Assembly (NCBI GenBank): GCA_976551045.1
Contig: CDPCPM010000054.1
Span: forward strand, 33,046,001-33,110,000
Direction of reading: 5' to 3'
DNA: 64,000 bases
DNA from: Glaucostegus cemiculus
Lineage: Eukaryota
In this document: positions 37,205 through 50,785 of the stretch, piece after piece
How positions within the stretch are numbered: the first letter of the stretch is position 1
Layout of the letters: each line of letters starts with the position of its first letter
The notes under the pieces: model-generated
The model's input: the letters and a program-made list of their open reading frames with translations, nothing else
What the model was told of the DNA's origin: nothing
The model's database searches: none
Made by a program: the position numbers and the translations under genes

Positions 37205-38019
37205 CGAATTCAGACAGATCAGGACAATTAGATGTTAAAACAGCTGTGCTCACATTGGTGCGCGCCTTCTAACTAGGCTACACGTATACAGAACCATCCA
37301 ACTATCCGCACTTTCAAAGTTTGCAATGAATTTGATGCCAGTAAGGTCAGACTTCTGATGACACATCACAACTGTCAGATTCCACTGGTTCTATTTTAAC
37401 TAGGCTAAGCAACAACCAATCATATAAATCCAACCAAGAAAACCTTCCCATCCACGCTACAGTTCTTGGCAACAAATTCTTAAGCAGAAACAGGCAATAC
37501 TGCCTTGCGTGACAACATACTCAGTATAGCAATGTACTCCAAATCATCTAGCATTTCAAAAGGACATGCTCAGATGACAGATTTTAGAAAAACTTTAAAA
37601 AATATATATACAACAGTTAATCTGTGAGTGCTATTTACATTACAATTGATGTATCCTGGTTTGTATTCATACAATTCCCTTGATCTCAAATTACATTATC
37701 TTCCCAACTTTTTCTAATGACACATTAATGTGGTTAATTAGTCAAGATTTTATTGCCACAAAACCACTAAGAAATTTCTGCAGCTTGCAGCCAAAACAAA
37801 TTAATTTTCATGGTGTGTGATTTCACGTTTTTTCTAACTTTCTTGCTACTTGGAAAAACTACCAAAATTTAGTTGTCAGATTCATTTTAACCAGGTTGGC
37901 CATATTTCAAACTTTATCAACTCATTTGTGATAAAAATGAATGCTAAACTAAAAGTGGTGACAGTAACCATTTAGGAGGCAAAACATGTTTTTTTCCTCT
38001 CCACATGTTGCGGTTGTAT

Positions 38020-38285
38020 AAAACTTTGGTAGGCCATATTTGGAGGGGATGCAAAGGAGGTTCACCAGAACATTGCCTGGATTAGAGTACTGGCCATAGA
38101 GAGAGGTTTCTCCCAGGAGGGAAATGTCAAATACTAGCAGGCATAGCTTTAAGGTGGGGGTGGAGGGATGTTTAAAGGAGACATGCAAGTTTTTGTTTAA
38201 ACACAGAGGGGAAGGTGCCTGCAACATGATGGTCAGCACAAACATAGCGAGCTGAAGCGCCCGTTCCTATGCTATATTCTAAACC
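38020..38285 (+). mobile_element. CR1 3' fragments
   Basis: gatgcaaaggaggttcaccagaacattgcctggattagag and tail ctgaagcgcccgttcctatgct. Confidence 0.65.
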
Positions 38286-41200
38286 TTCGATAAATGCTGA
38301 ATAATTTATCCAAATTAATTTTTCTTGCAGCCAGATAGCATCAGGAACAATTATTATTCAAAATGATTCAAGTACAAGCAGAATATTCATTTCTAGGTTC
38401 ATTACTTGGATGATTCTTTTGTAATCAGCATTCTATTAAATTGGAAAAGGGATAGGCTAATCAACCCAGTCATCTGACAGACCCCAAGAAATCAACATGA
38501 ATATTGTACACAAAATTAGATCTGTAACTACAATTTCATATTCCTTAGTGGTGCTAGAACTCAAGTTAGTCCTTTAAGACAAGCTTCCACATGGCATTCC
38601 AAGATCTTTTTTAAAAAAGTTCACATACTGCAGTTCTTCATTTGACAGCAAAGAACAAATTGAACAATGCAAAAAGACTGAGAAAAATTAATCCTCTGTT
38701 CTCACACTTCAGAGGTAGAATTGTAAACGGTACCCAATATGAACTATTCTAGGCAACTGGTAAATCCTATTAAACAGGACAAAGTTTTTCGCAGACTTCT
38801 CAGGAGGGCAAGGTTCAAAACAAACATGGGCAGTGGCATAAAAGCCAATTAAAATGCACAAATCACATTTCAGTTGTGGACTTATTCCTGTACTAAAAGT
38901 TAAGTCAAAGTCTTTGGGGGGGGGGGGGGGTAGATAGAGAAAAGAAGGGGAGGAAGGGAAGATCATTGACTATACGAATTTGAAAATAAGTTTTCTCAGA
39001 AAATATGTTTTCTACAGATGGGGGAAGATATTGGTATAAAATTCCTCTGGGCTGCAGAATTTGGTCATGCAACTTTACATGTGTGCTTTATTCTAATAGT
39101 TTTCTCTTAAAGCAAACTAACAGTAGGTGAAAGCATTGCTTTGCAAAATAGAGGGCAAGATTTCCAAGAATTTCTTAATGCAAGTTACATTATGATAATG
39201 AAGCCTATTCTACTCTTAATACTTTCTATCAAAAATCAGAATAACAAAGAACTGCTCAAATTAATGGACCGGCAGTTTACAATTTGCTTGAGACACTTCC
39301 TATTTATGCTCTTAAATGACAATGGCTGTAAAGGTAAAATGGACATGAAAGATAGAAAACTACTCAATTATTATGTATAATGTATATCGTACTCCACAAG
39401 TGAAAGCACAGAATTTTCAAATACATGGCAAGTATTTGCATGGCTGATCCATGCACAAAGAAAGCTTTCAAACTCTTTGTGACCCTAGTATAGGAATACT
39501 GTTAATCAACTCCTGATTTTATCCTCTATTGATCGTCCCCTCTGCTCATATCAAATTGTCACGTCATGGTGCAGTGCAGTTATGAAATAGCAAATACAGT
39601 TATCAAATCTACTTGCTAATTTCAATGGAACAAAATTTAAAAATCCATTGCGTATATTTTCTAACAACACTGGAATCAGCAAGAAACGGGACTGCAATGT
39701 AATCTCAACTACAGTGAGTCACAGTGAAAAATAGCACAAGTCCAAATGATAAAAAGCAGCTCACCTCACCAGGTACTCCCTCCATTTGGTCTACTTGTTA
39801 ATAAAATAAGTATAGAAAACAAAAGCTCATTTCTACACCCCCCCCTCAATGTTAAAACACAAGACTTCATGGAATTTCATGGGTTAATAAGCAGCTTACT
39901 AAATGTATTTTGAGCTCCCAGTAATTCATCCCATTCCTGCAGTAAAAATTCTAAGAAAAGTATGCTATAAATAACGACAGATGGTTTTTGTAAGGTCTAT
40001 TGATAATTACTGCAGCTCCACAACACAGATTCACTTGCAGGATAAATTAGGTTGTCCTCCATAACCAGGTCACTTTGTAGCTTCTTAAGCATTAAAGTTT
40101 CCACATAACCTAGCCACAGACCATTTTGCCAAAATCGGGACAACGCAGTTTAAATATCGATTAATATAACTCAACTATTCAATCATTGCACTTTGACACA
40201 TTCACCCAATTCTGATTACAGAACAGTATCTTTATTTTTCTCTTATAAAGAGTGCCCATGAGTAGACAAAGCCTACACATCACAAGACAGGGAAAACAAA
40301 AAAATTGTGGGCTGTTTTCATATTTTGTGGGATAACTCAAAGCTTGGAGTTCCTATTGCCAACTTTCCATTCCTGGGTAAGAAAGTTTCTGCAAACACAT
40401 AATGAAACCCAATTCACTGCATGCACTGTGCACAGTTCAGAGGCTTTAACCATTTTAAAATTTAGATTGTATAAAATTACATGAAACAGCAAAGAAACAG
40501 GCATTGGCCAACAGGTATATACCAGTGTCTTCTTTCCAATCTTCCTCCCAACCTATTTTACTGGATTTTTTCTTAAACATACCCTCTATATACAACCAAG
40601 CTTCTCCTTATCTACCAAACAAGAAATTGCTAAAGAACACATAGGAATGCCCATTCCATTCACTCTGGAAAAATAAAACCAATTTGTTCGACAAACGTAC
40701 AAAGAGTAAGCAAACTGATCACTCTGGAAACAGAACACAGAGATACAGTAAAACTCCATCAATCAGGTACATTTGGAACTCTGATGGATGCTGAACTAAC
40801 AGATTTTCTAGACTTTCTCCAGTGCACAAACAACTCAATTTTTCTTTAAATGTTACATTGTAGAATAATAATTTTTCTAGTGGTCCCAGCAAGTTGGGAA
40901 GAGCATGGGAAATATCACCTGGTGAGCCAGATACCAAACCATCAGGATTTCAGAATAGTTGGATAAAGGATTGTTGCCATTTTATTGTACTGCAAAGTAC
41001 TTAAAAAAATAACTACAAAATTGATGCATGTGGCCTTAGCAGATCATATATGGTCCAATACTCAAGATTTTTATCTCCTCCCCCTCCACCCCAAGCTTTA
41101 TCTCTTACAATGTTACAGCATGTATGCAGACAACACCAAGTTTACCTGTAGCATGCAAAATCTCTTCAGAACAAGAACCAAGCTATGATCTTTAATGAAA

Positions 41201-41984
41201 CAACCACTTCATGGTTGATAAACAAATTGATAAATCAATGAGACCCTATTCATTTTATGCTGAGTTCCAAAGGGTGAGCTTATCAAAGTGTAAGGTGTTA
41301 TGGCCATCTTTCTGCTGGTTGAGAAGGGCTGGATAACTAAAGATTGGAGACAGGGTCCCTCAAGAGAGAAGCAAATGAGCCTAGTGTGCTTTTTGCTCAT
41401 CCAACTCAAACTTTGAATGTTGAATATTTTAAGTAACCATCATGCCACCTCTGCTTTCAAAGTAACAGACAGTGAAAATTAAAAACAATTCTAGCTATAT
41501 TGAGCTAAATTAGTGAAAAAAACTTGCTTTGTAAGGATTAACACTGGGTTAGAAAGCTTCCTTTGACGAAAATATAATCTTACCACTAGGAGCCAGCATA
41601 CACAATCAAATCTGCAATATAGAGCAGGTGACTTCCCATAGCAACAGCTTGCATGTGGGGGAAAAAAAATCAAGTGTCACACGTATTAAAAACACTTGAA
41701 ATACACAAAATGTCTGCGAGCACTCAAAAAGAAAACTGGCCTAGATCGACAACATCAACCCATTATTCTCTCCAGACTGCGTACAATATTTTTGATTCTG
41801 ACAGCTCACAACAATCAGATGTTAGACTAGGAAATGGACAGTTGATATAATGCACCAAAACAAAAAGCAAATATTGAAATAATATAATGAACAGTGGGTA
41901 AAACAATAAAGTTCAAATATACACAATTTCAGTCTGTGTTCAGTCCATGGAGACTCAGTAATAAAGTTCAGTCAAAGCACAGAG

Positions 41985-42135
41985 CAATAGATTTCTGGAT
42001 ATTAAGGGAACTGTGGTAAGTAGAGAATGTGCAGGAAAGTGAGGCTAAGGTAGATGAACCATGACCTTGATGAATGGCAGAACAAGTTTGATGGCCCAGA
42101 TGTCTACTCTTGCAATTTCTTATGCTTTTGTGTTC
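41985..42135 (+). mobile_element. CR1 3' tail
   Basis: ccatgaccttgatgaatggcagaacaagtttgatggcccagatgtctactcttgc...ttcttatg. Confidence 0.55.
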
Positions 42136-45100
42136 TTACGGTACAACTCAGAAGTGGGGATAATAGCAAATCAAAGAGGTGAAGACTCACATCTATTTAC
42201 ATTTTAGCATCAGAATTTCAACCAAGAATTCAATGAAAAACAATTACAACCATCTTCTCATCCACTCCTACAAAGAAAGTATCAACTTGCACAAGGCTAT
42301 AATACATAAAAGTTTTCAGTTTCAAAACAACCTCAGAATCTGCATTCAGGTCCTCCACAAAACATTTATTCCATCAGATGCATCCAAGTATGCTTTACCC
42401 AAAACAATTTCTGTAGCCACAAGAAACATTAATGTCTTCATTAATTTTTATTACAATATTGCTTTTTCTAAATATGTTGGTAATTCTAATAGCATTGAAG
42501 AAATATTTAAACTAGTGAGGCATTAACAATGAGGGAATCAACAGAGATTGGGAAGCTTGGAAGTAACCAGTGTGATCAGATTCAAATTGCTGACACCCAT
42601 TTTAAAAATTAAAATAGAAATAATTCTCTGGTGAAAATTATTATCTGAACACTAATTCAGAGGGGAAAGAGTCTGCTTGACAGAGCTTCTTCACGTTTTT
42701 AGGACAAGCTGCCGGCCAGGCCTATGCCAAAACCAATCCCTCCCCATAACCGTGCTGACTCAGATGTACAAATCCAATTGTTCTGTCTCCCCCAAATGCA
42801 GAGTCAGACAATGATGCCTCAGCCAGTGAACCACTGAGGCCCTGCGTAAGGATGCCTTTGATAAGTGTTAAGGCTGGAGAACAGCATAATTTCTGCCAAA
42901 AGTGTTAAGACTTAACAATAATTTATGAAGTCTCACACAGAAATATGCAAAAACTATTGAAATTTTAATTGGTTTAAAATTAAAAGCATTAATATAAACT
43001 AAATGAAATAACTGAGTTTATCTTTCTCTTCCTAAACTCCAGGTTGGCAAGTAGGACCAGAACACTATGCACAGCCATCTTGACTCAGTCCACAGTAAAT
43101 TCCATGATGTACCTTTGCCATACGGCTTTCAGAAGGTGGGTACGTGACGTCAACTCAATGCACATCCAAAATAAAACTTGAATATGAAGTGATAGTTATC
43201 AGATGAGTTACTCCTACGTCCAGAGAGAGCTCATGGCAGAATTACCGAGTAGGGTGACACAATGTTTGGTATCACAATGATTGTGGTTTCCAATTCATAT
43301 CAGTGACTTGGACTCAAAATCAACATGGTATTATAAATGAAGGTCAATGAAACTGGAAGAGGCAACAAATTATAGAATGGGTTAGATTAAATATACAGAT
43401 ATAAATATATAATAGGAAGCTGCATCTGTGAAATCCTGGATGGAAGTGCTAAAATAGCCTGATTGAACATATGAACATTTTTGGTATGAACAAAAGGAAA
43501 TTCACATTAGAGCCAGAGATATTGAAATGAAACATAAACCTATGCATATATAGTTTTGAGGCATCTTACAATCAACAGCTTGCAATAGAAAACCAGAAGA
43601 ATCATGTACCAAGCTATATAGAGTTTATGGTGCAAAAAAACCATTAATGTGTTGCTTTATAAATATGTTGTTGCAGTGTAGACATTACCTGGTGTGTATG
43701 GATGGAAGGTACACTAAGGCAGAGATTTAATTTAGTTTTAGAGCAGTTTAGGACAATGTAAGCAATCAAATTATATTTTATGTTTTACCACTGCTTATAT
43801 TGCCACACTAAGGATGGTAAACAACTGAAAATCAAGATTCAAAGAACTCTCTCAATGATTTCATGTTTTGTTTTATTCTTTACTTCAAGTTGAAGAAAAT
43901 TTCCTGGCTAAGAGTATAAGCAGCATGAGAAGAAAAAGGACACCACTGTTAAGTTTATCTGCTTCTTCTACAATCCCCATTTATCTCAGGATGATCATAA
44001 AGATATTGCTGGATTTAATAAAAAATATTTCTAGAATTAACAAAGGATCTAGTTAGTTTGAGGTAAAAGGTTTTATTTTGTGTGGCATTCTGTTAGTCAA
44101 AAAAAAGTATAAGGGAGCTGATGATATGTTTGTATTTCAATTTAAACTTTGGGACTGATCTCTTTAGTCAATAACCAGCTGTGATCAATTTAAAAAGTGG
44201 AACTCCTTTAAAGGAACTTAACCCACAATGGTGCAAAAGTACTAATCCTTAGGGATCTCACAGAAAGATCAAACTTTACCTATTGAAGGACAGAATGTTG
44301 ATGATAAACCAATATAGCAAATAAGTGAATGTGCATCTTTCAAAAAAATCATGGGGTACCAAGGAAGTTCAATTTCTTCTGAAATATTTGCATGCTGTCT
44401 TTTAATAAGTATGCCATAATTTAACAAGATATAGTAAAATGGGCAGCATGTGAAGACACAGATAATAGCTAGGAGTATTAAGTAGCTTCCAGGAGCCGAT
44501 AAGCAGTTAATTTCTTTGAAAAAATCAATCCACTGAACACAAAATAGCTAATAAGCCATCCATAAATAACAAATCTTCACATAAATACAAATCATTTTCT
44601 TAGGTAGTCTCTAGGATCAAGGATGACTTGTTTCTACACCAATTTTCAGGAATGAAGTAATTTTCCATATACTTGCTTAAAGTATTTTGCGTGCAGGACA
44701 TAAGCAACTACTCATATACTGGTGAAAAGATCTATCCAGATGTCTCAAAAGAGTAGGAAAATAATAGTTTATTACTACTGTTCCAAGCAAGTAGATGTTG
44801 TTACTCAACTTGCCATGCAAGCTTTGATGCCTGATGAGTAACAGCAAAAACTAATTTCTAAAGCAACTGTGCATATAAAAGTAAAGGGATATACAAGGAT
44901 AGTACAGCAAGGTAGTGTTAAAATAGATCAGCTAGGATTTTGTTAAACAGCAGACCAAACCTATGGGCTGAATGGAGTACAAATTACCAAATTTATATTA
45001 ACTGTCAAATTAAAATAAGTTTTATCCATAATTTTTTCCAAAGGAACAACTGCATATTACCCAGTGTTCAAAATTACTGTACATCACACACTAAGGTCTA

Positions 45101-47189
45101 CATATTTGAAGTTACTCTGAATATGGTAGTAGGGGAAGTTCCAGCAATATCCTGTGTTAGTCTATCCACGTTATGCAGTTTTCTCTAGCAAAAATAACTA
45201 GAATTTTCTCTGGTTCACATGGCCCTTTTTGCTTGCCATGCAGTTAATCTGCCAGCAGACAAACTATGCTTCCACAACTAGCTTTGCCAATTTAAACAAA
45301 AGGCTCCTTGAGCAATCAAGTAATGAAACACACATGTACACACTTGCACGCACATACTAGGGAAAAGCAGGCCTAAAGTTCCCAAATTAATTAGAAATCC
45401 TAATGGTATAATTAAAGGGGGGGGGGGGGGGGAATCAAGTCTGCATTCCCTGAAGCTGCTTAAACTATAGTTAAAACTTCAAAATACAATTCATTTATTT
45501 GTTCAAAGCACCATTTGAGTATAAAAATGGTAGTATTGGACAACAGTAATCTAGGATTCATGAAAACCATGGCAGAAAAAAAATTAACCAAATATTCAGT
45601 TAAAACAACACTATGGTAATGTAAAATCAACAGATGAAATTTGGTAGCACTACACAGCCCTTCAACCAAAGAATACAGCTACAAGACACTTGATAATACC
45701 TTGCTTCCAAAAGCAGTCTTAATTAGGACCTTCAGTTAATCACCATTACATTAGCTGATTAATGCAACTGCAAATTAATGCATATTTTAATAGTGCATGC
45801 TCAGAAAACAAAAGTTTGAACCAGAGTTTTACATAAATCAGAAACAAGGTGCTGGAAATACTCAGGAGATCATGCATTACCCGTGGGAAAAAAAAATGTT
45901 TCAGATCAATGACCTCTAGAACCTGATGAAGCTTCTGATGAAATACATATGCTGTCTGAACTATTTCTAGTACATTGTTTAAAACAGAATGATGGAGAAT
46001 ACTTTGACCATCACATTGTGGCAAGAAAGTATATTACAACTAAAAATACACTGCTGCTACACACCTGGGCTCCTTCAACAATTTTTGGCTTAAATAGCCT
46101 TTCTTCAAAAAGATACTAGAATGATTTGCAAAAACCTATTTACAACTTCCATGGTATTCAGAAATCAAATTAATAAAGTTAGAACTTCAGGAAGGAAAAA
46201 TTACTAATCTGCTGGTGATATCAACCACTCAGCATCTGCAAAGAAAAAATAGTAGCTCATGTTGAATAACTTTCACCAGAACTTGAAGACAACACATCTT
46301 ATTCTTGTCAGGCAAATCAAGCCATACTGATTTTGACTAGATTTCAATATGGAACATACACAACACATCTCTATTCTGTGAAATCTAAAGACAAGAGGTG
46401 AGATGAAAGGCTACTTTTTAACATCCTTTGTTATTAATATTATCACCTCACCACATTTAAAGAAAATCATTGTGGTTTTCTTCAAAGTGATAGCGAACAA
46501 TCATTTAAAGTTAGCCCACCCTAGCAAACCAGCGTCAACGCTAGAATAAATGTTTACACAAAGTGCACTTACACAAAAATTGGAACAAATTCAGCCCTTT
46601 TGCACTCCATCTGCTTCTATAAGGAAGTATGGTACAAAAGGTCAAAGGCCATGTTCCAAAAATTGGCAGAGCTCATAAGCTTTTATACCATGCATACAGC
46701 ATATATGGAGGTCAAGTCCATTTTAGTTAGCTGGATTTTCATTACTGTATGAAAGTACTGTATGAAAGACTAATAATGGGAAGGATTTACATACAAATGA
46801 GGCAAAAATCAGAATACATAGCACCCCAAATGCAGACTGAATAAAGAAACTTCCCATTTTTAAACTACAACTGAAACACACATTTCACAAATTTCTTGCT
46901 ATGCAAGCAGGGGACGAGAGGCAGCCCTATGCCTATTGATGCCAATGTTAGGCTCTGTAAAGAAGAACTGGCAGGCACTCGGGAAATTATCCCACCCCAT
47001 TAAGACTGACAAAATGGGCAAAATGGCTGCCATTCAATTCTGTAAAGATAGTGCAAACATGAAACTCCATTGCTTAAAATATTTGAAAAGTTCATTGTAA
47101 TGTTAATTAAAAAAAAATACATTCTTAATCTACTTTTCAGCTAAAGAGTTTAATATGCAATGGATTTACAGATGGTAGCCATTTTGCCA

Positions 47190-47505
47190 TTAGATAGAGT
47201 GGACAGTCAGTGCCTCTTTCCCAGGGTGCCAATGCTCAAAACAAGAGGGCATGGCTTTAAGGTATTGGGTATGTCAGAGGGAGGATTTTCACCCAGAGAG
47301 TGGTTGGTGCATGAAATGCACTGCCTGGGGTGGTGGTGGAGGCTGATACATTGGACAAGTTCAAGAGATTGTTAGATAAGCATATGGAGGAATTTAAGAT
47401 AGAGGGATACTTGGAGGCAGGGGTTAGATAGTCTTAGGTGTGGTTTGGAGGACGGCACAACATGGTGGGCCGAAGGGCCTGTATTGTTTTATGGTTCAAT
47501 ACTAT
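47190..47505 (+). mobile_element. CR1 (HER1-like) 3' end
   Basis: ORF 47160..47375 DRVDSQCLFPRVPMLKTRGHGFKV (CR1 TRGH motif); tail catggtgggccgaagggcctgtattg. Confidence 0.85.
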
Positions 47506-50467
47506 GAAGCTTCACTTCTAGTAGAATTCCACTGGTCACTTATTACAAGATTAAGGTTTCAATTCTTTTTTGAGATGATGCATACAGAGTTGAACACAGG
47601 TGCCTGCTCTCCAAGCACCTCCCACTACAATAAATTTTTACAGTATGGTATAGTAACTTAAATGATCAAGTTACTGGACTATAATCTAAAGGACCAACGA
47701 CAATGGTTGGGAAATTTAAAGTCAAGTAACTAAATAAAATCAGGAATAAAAAGTGACAAGAGAACTAGTGGATTGTTGCAAAAATGTTTTCCACCAATTC
47801 TCTTCTGGATAGAGATTAGATACAAAAGTTATCCCTCATCTCCAGAAGCATTCCAGCAAGTCATTTCCACACATTCTTCATTGCTTCACCCAAAAGTTTC
47901 ATGCTGAGAACTGGATTAATACTGCAGAAGAACTAGGTTTTATATAGGTTTGGCAGTAGTTTGTCAAGTCTGCATTAGTAACAGAACTCACTGAATTTTT
48001 CAGCTGTGCTAAAGAAATATAATCCAGTCTGGAAGAACATCAAGTATTACTTCCCCACCCCACCCCCCACCCAACCTTTTCTTGGACTTTGTCTGTCACA
48101 CCCTGAGAACAGACAGTTCAGAAATGAGATATTCAGTTTGAATTTTGCCTTAAGATGATAGTTTGATCCAATTTAGTGAAAACAAATTCAGATTCTTTAT
48201 TCAGTTTTATTTTGAGCAACACCTCAATGTGAACACAAGTTTAGTAGAAATTTAACACAGCAAAATAAAAACTGATAATGCAGCACATCATCGGAGATAT
48301 CCAAAATATGTTCACCATGGAAACCATGTGGCATAGTGAGCCAATTTGCAAGTGAAAATTTCCATTTCCTCAATTCCAGCAGAAGCAATATACTTACTCC
48401 CTTCTGGAATAAAACATTGTGAATTTCTAAAATCACTGATCTGCCCAAAGATTTTGAAATGATCTCTACAGCTTGCTTTTTGGAAACTTCAGCTTCAAAA
48501 GAATATTGATGTAGTGGAGCGTTCCGAAGTATAAGAACACAATGACAAACAGGAATAGGTCACTAGATTTTTATTTAATGTTTTTTTTAAACAGTAGGGT
48601 CACTGCCAACTAGGCCAGGATGTATTTGCTCATCTAGGCCACTTTGCTCAAACTGCTGCAGTGTTTCAAGCAGGATATTCTAAAGTAAAATTAAAAACTC
48701 AAATCAAAGGAAATTGAGGAGAGACCGAGAAATAATTTGGGATTATTGTTAAGAAGCCTTGCTGATAAATTATTGTTAAATACCCCATCTCCATTACACA
48801 ATATTTTACACATATGAAAACACTGCAAAAAGAATGCCCTTTGCCAAAGGGCCCAATCCGTCACAGATGTAAAATATACAAAGCAATAAACATCATTTTA
48901 ATAAAGTGGAGCCCAAGACATGCAACTTTTCCAACAAAACTTCACACTGAGCAAGCAAAATCAACCAAATTACTTAATTTGAACCTCAGCATTAATCCAC
49001 TACAATTTTAGTTGTTCATACATGTAAAGCGTCAATGAAGAGGTTTTCCATTTACATTAATTTCAGGACAACACAAAGAATGCTCTTTACTAGTTAGTGC
49101 AGGGCACTACCTACTGTGTTCTCTGGTGAATCAGTAATCATCATTGCAGAGACGAATTCTTCCGCAAGGCAATAATAAATAAAATGTCCTAAACAAATAA
49201 ATTTAATTTCTAGACAACCCCAAAATATTCAAACGTTTACAAAAGCAAATTTTGACAAGGTACTACAGAGCCAGTTAACATTGGTGGTTTAAAAAGGTAA
49301 AAGTTCATCTATTATAAAGCGACTGAATTGGCTTGTTTTACTCAACTAGCTTGCATTATTTATCATGCAATGTAAAGACCTGCAATGTAAAAGAAAATAT
49401 CTTAAATAACTGCTGCAAATATCTCTAATTTTGTATGCAAAGCTAGATTTTCCAACTTTCAGATCAGGGTATACATGTTTTTCTATGCCACAATATAAAT
49501 GTGCATTATGGAATTAGATTTATCCCCCACAAAGTTTAAATCCATTAATTTTTCAGACAAGTTGCTCCAGGTCCAGTTTAGAATGTGTATTTCAATTAAG
49601 TCAGTGGCCTGATAGTCCTTCCAAAACCTCAGTTTACAAAATCCAACAAGCAAGTGTGCGACCAAGACATAAAAAAAAACTTGCTAAGTCAGATGTTTTA
49701 AGGGTAGAGTACTGAATGGTCAAAATCCAAAATCAATAAATACTCAGTACCAGGAGAAGATGGGGATTGAAAACAGGGTTTCAAATGCAAACCACATCAC
49801 AGGATATCTTAAACAATTGTAAATAGTAAACATATTCTTGGCATTGAACAAAAACAGGATTAACCCATCTATTTGTAGGTGTGCAGTTGTTTGCCAACTT
49901 CTTGATATAGTTTGATGCTTCATCCTCAGCAGAGAAAAATACATAACACATTTTAGCAAAGTAGTTCTTCTTATACCATTGTAATGAAGCTTACGCTTGT
50001 AGGATGGAATTGCTCTCATAAATTAGGCATACAATGGGCCTAAACTCAAACAATTGAGAGGTTTTGTTTATATACAATTTACTATAATGCAATCCAAAAT
50101 CTCCCATTAGCAATCTCTGACAAAGAAATACAAAACCCAACAGTTAAGACTGGAAGTGTAAGTGTAACAATTCATCTGTTAGTAAACTAGGAGAATCAAA
50201 CCAATCTGCAATCTTTTTCACATCCAATTTTTGAATTCAACCCATGCCTCACACACCCAAGATGATTAGTCATCTTTTTCCTAAAGACACAAACACAAAG
50301 CCATTACTTCAGTGAAAATACTTCACAGCAACAAGGTGATTCTTTTCTGCCCTTGGCCATAATAAACGATCAGTCACTGTGCACATAGAATCACACATCA
50401 ATTACAAATGTAGGGCATTGAACTTTGGAACTCAGCTTGGGGGGTGGGCAGGGGGGAAGGAGAAAAT

Positions 50468-50785
50468 AGTGGCACAGGTAGTAAAGCTGAAGCCTCAGTG
50501 TCAAAGACCTGGGTTCAATCCGACCTTGGGTGCTGTCTACATGGAGTTGGCACACTTCCTGTGACTGTGGCCTCCAGTTTCCTCTCTCATCCCAAAGATG
50601 TGGGGTTTGGTAGGTTAACTGGAAGCTATAAAGTGCCCTTATTGTGTAGGTGAGTGGTAGAGTCTGGAAAAAGTTGATGAGAATGTGGGGAGAATAAAAG
50701 GAAATGTGATAAATGCAAGATTAGTGCAATGAGTGGTTGACAGTTGGCACCTGGTAGGACAAAGGGCAGGTTTGTGCCTTTTCTT
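50468..50785 (+). mobile_element. tRNA-derived V-SINE (HE1-like)
   Basis: A-box gtggcacaggtag, B-box gggttcaatcc, V-domain ctccagtttcctctctcatcccaaagatgtg...ggtaggttaactgg. Confidence 0.8.

Noticed and set aside
50468-50545. Possible tRNA gene (A and B boxes)
   Set aside because: It continues into a V-SINE body and tail, and no intact cloverleaf is apparent; it is a SINE head.
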